DNA from: Candidatus Pacearchaeota archaeon
GTDB taxonomy: Archaea > Nanobdellota > Nanobdellia > Pacearchaeales > GW2011-AR1
Reading direction: 5' to 3'
Assembly: GCA_017609285.1 (NCBI GenBank)
Contig: JAFCEE010000001.1
Coordinates: 18,475 to 82,474, forward strand
Length of the DNA: 64,000 bases
Shown piece after piece: positions 10,280-19,410 of the stretch. The position numbers were made by a program, and so were the translations under genes. Under the pieces are notes generated by a model that had not been told where the DNA came from, ran no database searches, and was given only the letters and a program-made list of their open reading frames with translations. Each line of letters begins with the position of its first letter. Within the stretch, counting starts at the first letter, position 1.

Positions 10280-10302
10280 ATTTGAATAAGAAAAAAGGCA
10301 TT
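10270..10302. repeat. 33-bp direct repeat copy 2 (promoter-to-start region of the 591-aa gene)
   Basis: tctttttcatattt-ga-ataagaaaaaaggcatt. Confidence 0.85.
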
Positions 10303-10490
10303 TAAATTCTTTTCGTATTTAAAAAAATTTAAATTAATTGGGAAGAAATTACATTTTTTGTGTATTTTGTTATCAGTACAAAGCTAAAAAACAAAGCTGA
10401 TTTAGTAGAATATAAAGAAAGTTTTGGACCTAGTAAATTTTTCTTCTAGAGTTTATGTTAACTTAGAGTCTTTACTGGCATTTTGTTACA

Positions 10491-11276
10491 TCATATTTCA
10501 AAACACTCACCCCTAAGCCTACAAGATTTACATTTATTAAAGTTAGATGGAAAAGGAGCATTTTTCATGTTGCGGATTTTGTCAGCTATTTCTAAAACTT
10601 TATTTTTTAATTCTTTGGTTATAAAAATTTCTTCTTCCTTTCTTTTTGTTTCTATTATTCCCCATTCTATTTTTTTTCCAAACTCTTCTTCTAAAAGTAA
10701 AGAATAAGCTGCTAATTGTATTTTATCAGACTCGTATATCTCACTTCGAGTTTTAATTTCATATGGCAAGATTTTATCAGAAACCATAATTCTGTCTACC
10801 CTTCCTTTTAGCCTTAACCTCTCTGAAATAATCTGAAATTCTGTTAAATATTTTGGTTTTAAATTTCTCCATAATTCCTTGCCTTTAAAACCCAAGTTTA
10901 AAGCGTTCTTAATTGAATCTGCTCTTATTAAAAGGTCTTTTTTTAGAAAACCAAGAGTTTGAGTTTCTAGAGTTAAAAGTTCTATTTTAAAAATCTTAAA
11001 GAGGTTCTCATAATTTCTTGAAATCTCTCTTATTATCTCATTAAGATAATTACGATAAGAGATTAGTATTTGTTCTTTAGTTATATTTTCTTTTATATTA
11101 GAAACTATCATGCTCTCGTTTTTGTTAAAAATATCAAAAACCTTATGTTTAAGAAAGCCAAGAATCATTGCTTTGGTAGGTGGCTCTTTAATTTTTTTAA
11201 CTCTCTTCAAGAAAATTTTTCTTGGGCAGTATAGATATTCTGCTATTTCAGTTACGTTAATTATTTCTTTGCTCAT
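10491..11276 (-). CDS. cas4: Solo Cas4/Dna2-family RecB-like exonuclease with Fe-S cluster
   Basis: YLYCPRK, LKGRVD, YEIKT, QLAAY, C-terminal CxxC...C; no cas1/2 or array in window. Confidence 0.88.
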   Translation of the reverse strand: MSKEIINVTEIAEYLYCPRKIFLKRVKKIKEPPTKAMILGFLKHKVFDIFNKNESMIVSNIKENITKEQILISYRNYLNEIIREISRNYENLFKIFKIELLTLETQTLGFLKKDLLIRADSIKNALNLGFKGKELWRNLKPKYLTEFQIISERLRLKGRVDRIMVSDKILPYEIKTRSEIYESDKIQLAAYSLLLEEEFGKKIEWGIIETKRKEEEIFITKELKNKVLEIADKIRNMKNAPFPSNFNKCKSCRLRGECFEI

Positions 11277-11278
11277 TT
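11260..11278. repeat. 19-bp direct repeat copy 1 spanning the cas4 start codon
   Basis: attatttctttgctcattt, identical to 11790-11808. Confidence 0.9.
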
Positions 11279-11806
11279 TAATTCTTGTCTGGCTTTTTCT
11301 AGTTTATCTTTGACTAAAGATTTAACTTTTTCTGACAGTTTTGTATACGACCTTTCTAGTTTTGCTAGAACCTCTTTCTTATTTTTATATACATTTCTAA
11401 ATAAACCATCAATATCATCAAAATGGGCTATAGCATCTGCGTCTGCTAAAATTTGAGCTTCTTTTGTCTTTCTTTTTCTATTTTGACTTCCTCTGTGTGA
11501 GAGAATGCATTGTTTAATTTGTTCTATTTTTTCTTCAGGGTAATTTAACTTTGTTAGCAATTCTTCTGCAATTTTTGAGCTAGAAATATGATGATTTTTA
11601 TAATCTCCCCTTATGCTTCCTATATCATGTAACCATGCTGAAATTTCTGCTATTTCCTTATCTGCATTTTCTTTTTCAGCTAATTGAATGGCATATTTTA
11701 CAACAGGAATAAAATGTTTTTCGTAAGACTCTTTATAATGAGCTTCTGGTTTTTCAAATTCTTCTTTTACAAATTCCTTAACTTTTTCTATTATTTCTTT
11801 GCTCAT
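11273..11806 (-). CDS. HD-domain phosphohydrolase
   Basis: H...WLHDIG...HH...SH...ADADA. Confidence 0.9.
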   Translation of the reverse strand: MSKEIIEKVKEFVKEEFEKPEAHYKESYEKHFIPVVKYAIQLAEKENADKEIAEISAWLHDIGSIRGDYKNHHISSSKIAEELLTKLNYPEEKIEQIKQCILSHRGSQNRKRKTKEAQILADADAIAHFDDIDGLFRNVYKNKKEVLAKLERSYTKLSEKVKSLVKDKLEKARQELK

Positions 11807-11808
11807 TT
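11790..11808. repeat. 19-bp direct repeat copy 2 spanning the HD gene start codon
   Basis: attatttctttgctcattt, identical to 11260-11278. Confidence 0.9.
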
Positions 11809-13038
11809 CTTAAATCTTGACTTCCTTACTGTGTAATTTACAGGATTTTTAATTTTCTCGCAAAGAGGGTCTGGCTCGCATACTCCAATGTCTTTATAAT
11901 AGGTTTTGTCGCAATTTGGAGGCAAAACTTTTTTTTGCTTTTTATGCCATGTTATCTGGCTTTGAATATAACCCTGTCTTAAAGGTTTTTCATTTTTTTT
12001 GTTCCATTCTTTTATTCTGTTTTCAATTTCATCAAAATTTAAACCTAAAGACTTGAAATAGTTAAGCAAAATAAATAAAGCTCTTTTTTTACCATCTTTT
12101 AAACCTTTCAAGATATTTGATATGCAAGGAGGCATAATTATTTTACTTTTATCTATTTTGATTTCTTCATATACTCTTTTCTTATCTGGTTCTTTTTTCT
12201 TTTCTCTTGATTCATACCAATCTAAGGCTGAGATGAGTAACTCGCGAGCTTCTTCTTTCTCTGCCTCAGGATAAAAGTTTTTTATTTTAACTCTTAAAGG
12301 GTCAGCTAATTTAGGCTGGAAATTTTCTATTTCTTCCTCATCAAGAACTATACTGGCTAGACAGGTTTTTTCATGTAAAGAATAGGGTGCACGAAAAAGA
12401 TGTCTGGATGAGACAAGTATAATGTCAGGTGCAACCTCCTTAGGAGCTTCAAAGTCTTTAATATAATTTTTCCTTTCGCCAGATAAAGCAGTTATTTCCT
12501 CAATTAGTTTTGATTTTATCATTTCTGTCAAATAGATAGAGATAATTCTAGGCCATTCAGGAAACATATCTTTTGTTTTTTCTTCCGTTAGAGAAGAAGG
12601 AAAGGCTTTCCATGGTACTATAATATGGAATCCTTTTCCTCCACTGAACTTCGCTCCGAAATTTTTAATGCCATGAAATTTTAAAGCCTCAATAATTAAA
12701 GAGCAAGCTATCTTGCTATAATCAAGATATTTTGAATCAATGTCTATCAATAAATCCCAGCCATCTCTCAGGTTGTTTAAATCTTCTTCTTTTAAATCTG
12801 TAGAAAGTTCAAGGGGATTAGACCATATTTCTTCTGAACAGTGGAAAGAAGTAGCTCCTTTTTTTACTTGTTGTGCGATGTCAGAAGGGTATTGTAAAGT
12901 ATCTGGCCTTTTACCAAAGTTTTCTATATAACGCGGTATGGTCTCTCTCTTTTGACAAAATTTAAAAATAGCTTCTTGCACATCTTTTCTAGAGTAATAT
13001 GTCCTTGCTATTTTTTTTACCCTCTTTTCCTTCTCCAT
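11803..13038 (-). CDS. priSL: Fused DNA primase PriS-PriL (DPANN type)
   Basis: DLLIDID catalytic motif, FSGGKGFH, RAPYSLHEK; C-terminal PPCI...PPNC...C...C Fe-S domain. Confidence 0.9.
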   Translation of the reverse strand: MEKEKRVKKIARTYYSRKDVQEAIFKFCQKRETIPRYIENFGKRPDTLQYPSDIAQQVKKGATSFHCSEEIWSNPLELSTDLKEEDLNNLRDGWDLLIDIDSKYLDYSKIACSLIIEALKFHGIKNFGAKFSGGKGFHIIVPWKAFPSSLTEEKTKDMFPEWPRIISIYLTEMIKSKLIEEITALSGERKNYIKDFEAPKEVAPDIILVSSRHLFRAPYSLHEKTCLASIVLDEEEIENFQPKLADPLRVKIKNFYPEAEKEEARELLISALDWYESREKKKEPDKKRVYEEIKIDKSKIIMPPCISNILKGLKDGKKRALFILLNYFKSLGLNFDEIENRIKEWNKKNEKPLRQGYIQSQITWHKKQKKVLPPNCDKTYYKDIGVCEPDPLCEKIKNPVNYTVRKSRFKK

Positions 13039-13122
13039 ATTCTTTTTTGCATAAGAGATTTTAAATAATTAGTGTTACTGTATCACAATAATGCTTTTAA
13101 ATTTATACTTTATAGTATTAAG

Positions 13123-13851
13123 ATGTTGCTGAAATTAGATAGTCCTAAATTGTTGAGTGATGTTGTTGGCATAATATCTGAGTTAGTTACTGAGGTCAGG
13201 ATTAAAGTTAACCCTAATGGCCTGAGTGTAATAGCTATAGATCCTGCTAATGTTGCGTTAGTTTCTTTTTTGCTCCCTAAAACTGCGTTCTCTAATTTTG
13301 AAGTAAACAAAGAAGAGATTTTAGGAATAAATTTAGATTCTTTAAAAAATGTTTTGAGGAGGAGTAGTATTGGTAGCAATTTAGTTTTACAGACACAGGA
13401 CACTAACTTAAGGATAGAGATTCATGATAAGATAAAAAGAGTCTTTAACTTAGCTTTAATTAATATAGAACAAGAAGAAAAGCAAATGCCTTCTCTTGAA
13501 TTTACTTGTCAAATAGAGATGCCTTCTCTTGATTTATCTGAAGCAATAGAGGACTGTAGTGTGGTGGCTGACTCGTGCAGTTTTTCTGTACAAGAAGGAA
13601 AATTTATTATTGAAGCTAAGGGTTTACATTCTACAAAATCAGAATTTTCAGGAGATGAGGCCAAGATTTCTGGTGAAAAAGGTAAAGGGAAATATTCTTT
13701 GGAATATTTACAAAAGTTCATTAAAGCTTGTAAATTAACAGATAAAGCTATAATCAATTTTGCAGAGGATTATCCTTTAAAGCTAGAGTTTCCAGGGGGA
13801 AATTTTAATTTAGCTTTTGTTTTGGCTCCTAGAGTAGAAACTGAAGATTAA
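13123..13851 (+). CDS. pcn: PCNA sliding clamp (start reassigned to ATG 13123)
   Basis: AIDPANVAL, YSLEYL, DYPLKL, FVLAPRVE. Confidence 0.96.
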   Translation: MLLKLDSPKLLSDVVGIISELVTEVRIKVNPNGLSVIAIDPANVALVSFLLPKTAFSNFEVNKEEILGINLDSLKNVLRRSSIGSNLVLQTQDTNLRIEIHDKIKRVFNLALINIEQEEKQMPSLEFTCQIEMPSLDLSEAIEDCSVVADSCSFSVQEGKFIIEAKGLHSTKSEFSGDEAKISGEKGKGKYSLEYLQKFIKACKLTDKAIINFAEDYPLKLEFPGGNFNLAFVLAPRVETED

Positions 13852-13943
13852 GTTCTTAGAAAAGTTTAAAAATGTGTATTCCTATTGATATTATTAATAA
13901 TAAACATAATTGATTACATAATAATATAGGCAGGTATATACTT

Positions 13944-14129
13944 ATGAATATCCATAAAAAGAGGATTTTGAATTTTATTAAAAGGAAGAAAGTTGTTACT
14001 AGCTCTGAAGTAGCTAAGCATTTAAAAATTTCTTGGAATACTGCTGAAAAATATTTGTTAGAGTTGATTATAGATGGAAAAGTGGATAAAATTAAGAAGG
14101 AGAGGGTTAATTTGTGGATGTTAAAATGA
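13944..14129 (+). CDS. Small winged HTH regulator heading the surface-protein operon
   Basis: TSSEVAKHLKISWNTAEKYLLEL...G.V pattern; stop overlaps next ATG. Confidence 0.8.
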   Translation: MNIHKKRILNFIKRKKVVTSSEVAKHLKISWNTAEKYLLELIIDGKVDKIKKERVNLWMLK

Positions 14130-14893
14130 AAAGAAAAGGCCAAGTAACTGTTTTTATTATAGTGGCAGTAATGATAGTAGCGGCTATTGTTCTTTTTTTT
14201 CTTTTAAGGGGAAGGCAGGTAATAGAGATTTTTAAACCAACAATGTTAGAACCTCAAGGATATATAGAAAAATGCGTAAGAGATGCTACAAGCGAGGCTA
14301 TATCTATAATGTTGCCCCAGGGAGGTTATATAACTCCTACAAACTACAAACTTTATGAGAATAATAAAGTAGCTTATTTATGTTATAATGAAAATTATTA
14401 TGAATCTTGTATAAATCAGGAGCCAGTTTATATTAAACATTTAGAAAGTGAAATTAAAAAATATATTTCTCCTAAGGTAGCTGATTGTGTTTATAGTTTA
14501 TCTGAGGAATTAAAAGATAGGGGCTATGTTGTTAATTATGATGATGCTGATATTGATGTTGATGTAGTCCCTGGAAAAGTTAAAGTTGAGGTTAATAATG
14601 ACTTTGAGATGAGCAAAAATGAAGAACATAAAAAATATGATAGTTTTAAAGTTTTAAAAGTTTCTCCTTTATTTGAATTAGCTAATGTTGCTAAAGAAAT
14701 TGTGAATCAGGAAGCAAAATATTGTAATTTTGAATATGTTGGTTTTATGTTGTTTTATCCTAGATATGATATTGATAAGAAAAGTGTTGGGGCTGGAGAT
14801 ACTGCTTCAAAAATTTATATTATTGGAGATAGAATTACTAATAAAAAACTTTACATAGCTGTAAGAAGTTGTGCAATTCCACCAGGATTTTAA
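14126..14893 (+). CDS. Class III signal-peptide (pilin-like) protein, paralog of 18633-19409
   Basis: MKRKG|QVTVFIIVAV; shared V.YLCY...YY..C..Q.P motif. Confidence 0.8.
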   Translation: MKRKGQVTVFIIVAVMIVAAIVLFFLLRGRQVIEIFKPTMLEPQGYIEKCVRDATSEAISIMLPQGGYITPTNYKLYENNKVAYLCYNENYYESCINQEPVYIKHLESEIKKYISPKVADCVYSLSEELKDRGYVVNYDDADIDVDVVPGKVKVEVNNDFEMSKNEEHKKYDSFKVLKVSPLFELANVAKEIVNQEAKYCNFEYVGFMLFYPRYDIDKKSVGAGDTASKIYIIGDRITNKKLYIAVRSCAIPPGF

Positions 14894-14894
14894 A

Positions 14895-17800
14895 ATGAAA
14901 AAAGGAAAAATACTAAGCAAAAAAGAAGGGATAAGTTATTTAGAAATTTTAATCTTAATTATCTATACTTTTGCTTTTTCATATATTGTTTATCAGCCAA
15001 TGAAAAGTGTTTCTGCTCAAGAAAGTGATATAGTTTTATGGACTTGTAAAGAAACTAAAGATGAGTATGGAAGCAAGAAATGCCAGGAATATTTAAGTTC
15101 TGAGTGTAATGAGAAATGCAAGAGTGATTGTTTTCCTGGAACTCGTGATGAGTTTTCTGAATGTCAATTAGGATGTTGTATTGATTCTATTGGCAAATGT
15201 ATGAGCAAGGTTCCAAAAGCTGAATGTATAGATAAGGGAGGGAAATGGGAAAATGATGCAAATTGTAATCCTGGAAAAATTCCTCAATGTAAATTAGGTT
15301 GTTGTGTTTTAAATAATAATGTTAAGCCTTTAGTTACTGAAAAAGAATGTAGGTATTATACTTCTGAAGCCGGAATTAATCTTGATTCTGGTTTTGATTT
15401 TAGGCAGGGAATGAATGAGCCAGAATGTCTTGCACTTGCTTTAACTCAAGCTAAAGGTGCTTGTGTTATTGGGGAAAGTTGTAGATTTGTTAGTGAACAA
15501 GAGTGTTATTCATTAACTAATAGTTTAGCTAATTTTCATAAAGATTGGTTATGTACTCATCCTGAATTAAATAATAGTTGTAACATGACTGAAGAAACAA
15601 CTTGTGTAGATGGGAGAGATGGTGTCTATTTTGTAGATTCTTGTGGCAATATTGCTAATATTTATGATGCAAGTAAAGTAAATGATGTTAATTATTGGAA
15701 AGAAATTATTCCTGTTTCTGAATCTTGTGGTAGTAATGATGAAAAGGGCAATGCTAATTCTAAAACATGTGGTAATTGCAATAGGTTTTTAGGAAGTTCA
15801 TGTAGTCTTGCTTCAGAAACAAGTCCAGAATATGGAAATTATATTTGTAAACCCTTAGATTGTCCTAATGCTCCTGATACTAAAGGAACCAAAGATAGGA
15901 AAAATGGAGAAAGTTGGTGTGTTTATGAGTCAGTTATTGGAGAAGGTAGAGATGTTGTAGGAAGTAGACATTATAGATATTCTTGTGTGGAAGGAGAAGT
16001 TAAAATAGAGCCCTGTGCTGATTTTAGAAATGAGATTTGTGTTGAATCTGAAGTTGGAATTGCCGAGGGAGGAAGTGAGACTTTTTCTACTGCAAGTTGT
16101 AGATTAAATAGATGGCAGGAATGTTTGAATTATAATAATGCTGAGGGAAATACAAGAAAAGAGAAAACTGAGAATATGAAAGCTGCCTGTTCTAAAAATG
16201 AAGATTGTTTTGTTAAGGAAATAAAAATTGATTCAAAATTTAGTTTTAGTGTTTGCGTTCCTAATTATCCTCCTGGTTTTGATTTATCTGGAGAAAGCAA
16301 TGTGGGTAGTGACAAGGTAGCTGAGGAAATTTGCAATATGGCTGATAATAAGTGTACTGTAGTTTATGTTAAAGATTGGAAAGGTAGTTGGGATTGTAAA
16401 GTTAATTGTAATTGTGAGAAACCTGTTTTTACTAATCAAATGAATGAGTTTTGTTCAAGTTTAGGAGATTGTGGAGGTTATGTTAATGTTGAAGGAGAAT
16501 TTACTGATGAGGGTTATGAAGTTAAAGGTAAGGCTCCTAAAAAACTTTCAAGCAAGATTTTAAATGAAATTTTAAGTTATTCTAGTCCAGATAATAATCA
16601 GGCTGCTGAGCCCGGAGATATGTCTAAATATTATGGAAATTTAAGTATTTTGTCTAAAGGTGTTGGAAATGTTGATTATGATAATAAGGCTGATTTGGGG
16701 TGGGTTGGTTATGTGGCTGGTGCTGCTGGAACTGTTTATGCTGTTGCAGCAGCTTATGTTTTTATCGAAGGAGTAGATATTTCGCTAGGAGCATTTTTAG
16801 AGGAAGCTCCCTATGCTTTTGGAGACCTTTTTGGTTCTGCAGCACCAATTATGCGGGCATTTGCCAGAGTAGCAATTGGAGCAGCAATTGGAGCAGTAGT
16901 AGGACAATTAGTAGGAAAGGCAATTGGAGCTGAAGGAGAAGGAGCAGCTGCTATAGCTTATGCAGGAGCTGTGGGTGGGATATTTATTGGAATAGCTTGG
17001 GAAAGTGCTAGACTTACTTGGGAATTTGGACTTATCGGAGTTATTATTTTTGTAGTAGTATTACTCTGGACATGGATTACTGGATGGGGAGATGTTAGGG
17101 AAAGAGTAGTAAGTTTTAATTGTGAACCATGGCAGCCACCAGTTGGAGGAAGTGATTGTGAAAAATGCAATAAAGATGAGCAAGGATGTAGTAAGTATAA
17201 ATGTGAAAGTTTAGGAACAGCTTGTAGATTTTTAAATGAAGGGACAACAGAAGAAACATGCATAGCAAGTGAAAATGATAAAACTCCCCCAGAAATAAGC
17301 CAGTGGAATGAGATTTTAAGTGATGGATATAAGTATGAAAAAACAAGTGATGGGATAAAAATAAGGCAAAATAATGGAGAATGTATACCGGAGTTTAGCC
17401 AGGTAAATTTTGGGTTAATAACTAATGAAAGAGCTCAATGCAAATATGAGTTAGAAGCAAGTGCAAATTATGATTTAATGGAAAATTATTTTGGAGAAAG
17501 CAATCTTTACTTGATAAATCATTCAATGAGTTTAAGCATGCCTTCAGTAGATTCAATAGTTAATCAGTATAATGTAACAAAGGAATTTGTAGAAGAAAAA
17601 TATGGGGATTTTAAGCTTTATGTAAGATGTAGAGATGACTGGAATAATTTTAATATAAAAGAATATGTAATTGATTTATGTGTAAAGCCAGGACCAGACA
17701 TCACCCCCCCTATAATACAAAAAATAGTTCCTGAAACTGAAAGTTATCTTGCTTATAATGAAACTGAAAAAAATATAAAAGTTTATACTAATGAACCATC

Positions 17801-18584
17801 TTCTTGTAAATATTCTTCTCAGGATAAAGAATACGAAGCAATGGAAAATTCTATGAGTTGTAATATAAAGCTACAAGATCAAGAACAATATGGATGGCCT
17901 TGTTCAGTAACATTAACTAATCTAACAAAACAAGAAAATAAAATTTTTATAAGATGTAAAGATAAACCTTGGTTAGAAGAAAATAATGAAACAAGAAAAG
18001 CAAACTCAGAAAGTTATGAATATAATTTAATAGCAAGTAAGAATAAGTTGGAAATAATCTCAATAACACCAAATAAAACTCTTGAATTTGGAGACGAACC
18101 AGTTTCAATAGAACTTAAAGCACAAACTTCTGGGGGTGCAGAACAAGGAAAATCTGAATGTTATTTTAGTTTTTTAGGAGAAGAAGGTTCTTATATTTTA
18201 TTTAAAAATACTTTTTCATCTAGTCATAGCCAGTTATTTAATCAAATGTTAAGAGGAACTCATAAAATTTATGTGAAATGTGAAGATATTGCGGGGAATG
18301 TTGCTGAAGATTTTACTAGATTTAAGTTAAAAATAGACACTACTCCGCCAAGAATTGTGAGGGCTTATAATTTTGGTCAGCTTAAAATTATCACTAACGA
18401 GGATTCTGAATGTGTATATAGTCATGAAAATTGTAATTTTGTTTGGGAAAACGCAACTGAAATGTCAGGAATTCAAAAAATACATGAAACTTCTTGGAAA
18501 CAGGGAAAAACTTATTATGTAAAGTGTAAAGATTTGTGGGATAATAAGCCGGGAGGCTGTTCTATAATAATTAAAGCTGTTTGA
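14895..18584 (+). CDS. Giant Cys-rich surface protein (~1230 aa) with class III-like N-terminus, internal Gly/Ala hydrophobic segment and C-terminal Ig-like repeats
   Basis: KKEG|ISYLE + TM; CQLGCC repeats; YFVDSCGNIANIYDASK; CEPWQPP.GGSDCEKCN; TNE...C repeats. Confidence 0.85.
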   Translation: MKKGKILSKKEGISYLEILILIIYTFAFSYIVYQPMKSVSAQESDIVLWTCKETKDEYGSKKCQEYLSSECNEKCKSDCFPGTRDEFSECQLGCCIDSIGKCMSKVPKAECIDKGGKWENDANCNPGKIPQCKLGCCVLNNNVKPLVTEKECRYYTSEAGINLDSGFDFRQGMNEPECLALALTQAKGACVIGESCRFVSEQECYSLTNSLANFHKDWLCTHPELNNSCNMTEETTCVDGRDGVYFVDSCGNIANIYDASKVNDVNYWKEIIPVSESCGSNDEKGNANSKTCGNCNRFLGSSCSLASETSPEYGNYICKPLDCPNAPDTKGTKDRKNGESWCVYESVIGEGRDVVGSRHYRYSCVEGEVKIEPCADFRNEICVESEVGIAEGGSETFSTASCRLNRWQECLNYNNAEGNTRKEKTENMKAACSKNEDCFVKEIKIDSKFSFSVCVPNYPPGFDLSGESNVGSDKVAEEICNMADNKCTVVYVKDWKGSWDCKVNCNCEKPVFTNQMNEFCSSLGDCGGYVNVEGEFTDEGYEVKGKAPKKLSSKILNEILSYSSPDNNQAAEPGDMSKYYGNLSILSKGVGNVDYDNKADLGWVGYVAGAAGTVYAVAAAYVFIEGVDISLGAFLEEAPYAFGDLFGSAAPIMRAFARVAIGAAIGAVVGQLVGKAIGAEGEGAAAIAYAGAVGGIFIGIAWESARLTWEFGLIGVIIFVVVLLWTWITGWGDVRERVVSFNCEPWQPPVGGSDCEKCNKDEQGCSKYKCESLGTACRFLNEGTTEETCIASENDKTPPEISQWNEILSDGYKYEKTSDGIKIRQNNGECIPEFSQVNFGLITNERAQCKYELEASANYDLMENYFGESNLYLINHSMSLSMPSVDSIVNQYNVTKEFVEEKYGDFKLYVRCRDDWNNFNIKEYVIDLCVKPGPDITPPIIQKIVPETESYLAYNETEKNIKVYTNEPSSCKYSSQDKEYEAMENSMSCNIKLQDQEQYGWPCSVTLTNLTKQENKIFIRCKDKPWLEENNETRKANSESYEYNLIASKNKLEIISITPNKTLEFGDEPVSIELKAQTSGGAEQGKSECYFSFLGEEGSYILFKNTFSSSHSQLFNQMLRGTHKIYVKCEDIAGNVAEDFTRFKLKIDTTPPRIVRAYNFGQLKIITNEDSECVYSHENCNFVWENATEMSGIQKIHETSWKQGKTYYVKCKDLWDNKPGGCSIIIKAV

Positions 18585-18632
18585 TAATAAGGAAAATTTA
18601 TAAATAAGCTTGTCTTTGGAAAAATAAGGAAA

Positions 18633-19409
18633 ATGAATAGCAAAAGAGGACAATTGACTTTATTTATTATTGTAGCTATTGTAATTGTTGCTGTACTGCT
18701 TGTTTTGTTTTACCCTAGACTAAAAAAAATAGTAGTTCCGGGCAGCCCAAGTGTACAATTACAAGATTGTATAAATAGTAAGTTAGATGAGGCAGTAGAG
18801 TTAGTAAGTAAGAGGGGGGGCAGTATAGAGCCTGTGAATAACATAATGTATGGAGGTGAGAAGGTAGAGTATTTATGTTATACTAACCAATACTATCAAA
18901 CTTGTGTGATGCAACAACCTCTTTTGAGACAACATGTGGAAAGAGAGATCTTGGATTATATAAAGCCAGAAGCTTTATCCTGTATAAATAACTTAAAACA
19001 AAATTTAAGGAAAAAAGGGTGGCAGGTTTCTCAAGACAGAGAAGATATTTCTATTAGTATTGTTCCAAATAAGATTGAAATTACAGTTTCTGGTTTTTCT
19101 GCTGTTAAGGAGGATATTGGAGAAAGATATGATAAATTTGTTGTTGAAAAGAAAAGTCAACTTTATAATTTAATTATGTTAGCTACCTCTATTTTGAATT
19201 GGGAAGCTCGTTATGGTGATTCTGACATAAAAACTTACATGTTGTATTATCCAAATATGAAAGTTGAAAAATACAAACAAGAAGATGGTTCAAAGATTTA
19301 TACTCTAACTTATACACCAACTAAAGAAAAATTTGTATTTGCTTCAAGAAGTCTAAGTTGGCCTGCAGGATATGGTTTAGGCCAGACACATAAATCAATA
19401 ACAGTTTAA
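18633..19409 (+). CDS. Class III signal-peptide (pilin-like) protein
   Basis: MNSKRG|QLTLFIIVAI; own TATA (tttataaata at 18596). Confidence 0.8.
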   Translation: MNSKRGQLTLFIIVAIVIVAVLLVLFYPRLKKIVVPGSPSVQLQDCINSKLDEAVELVSKRGGSIEPVNNIMYGGEKVEYLCYTNQYYQTCVMQQPLLRQHVEREILDYIKPEALSCINNLKQNLRKKGWQVSQDREDISISIVPNKIEITVSGFSAVKEDIGERYDKFVVEKKSQLYNLIMLATSILNWEARYGDSDIKTYMLYYPNMKVEKYKQEDGSKIYTLTYTPTKEKFVFASRSLSWPAGYGLGQTHKSITV

Positions 19410-19410
19410 A

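Noticed and set aside
10491..11276. CRISPR-Cas locus
   Set aside because: Only a solo cas4-like gene; no cas1/cas2 and no regularly spaced repeat array seen
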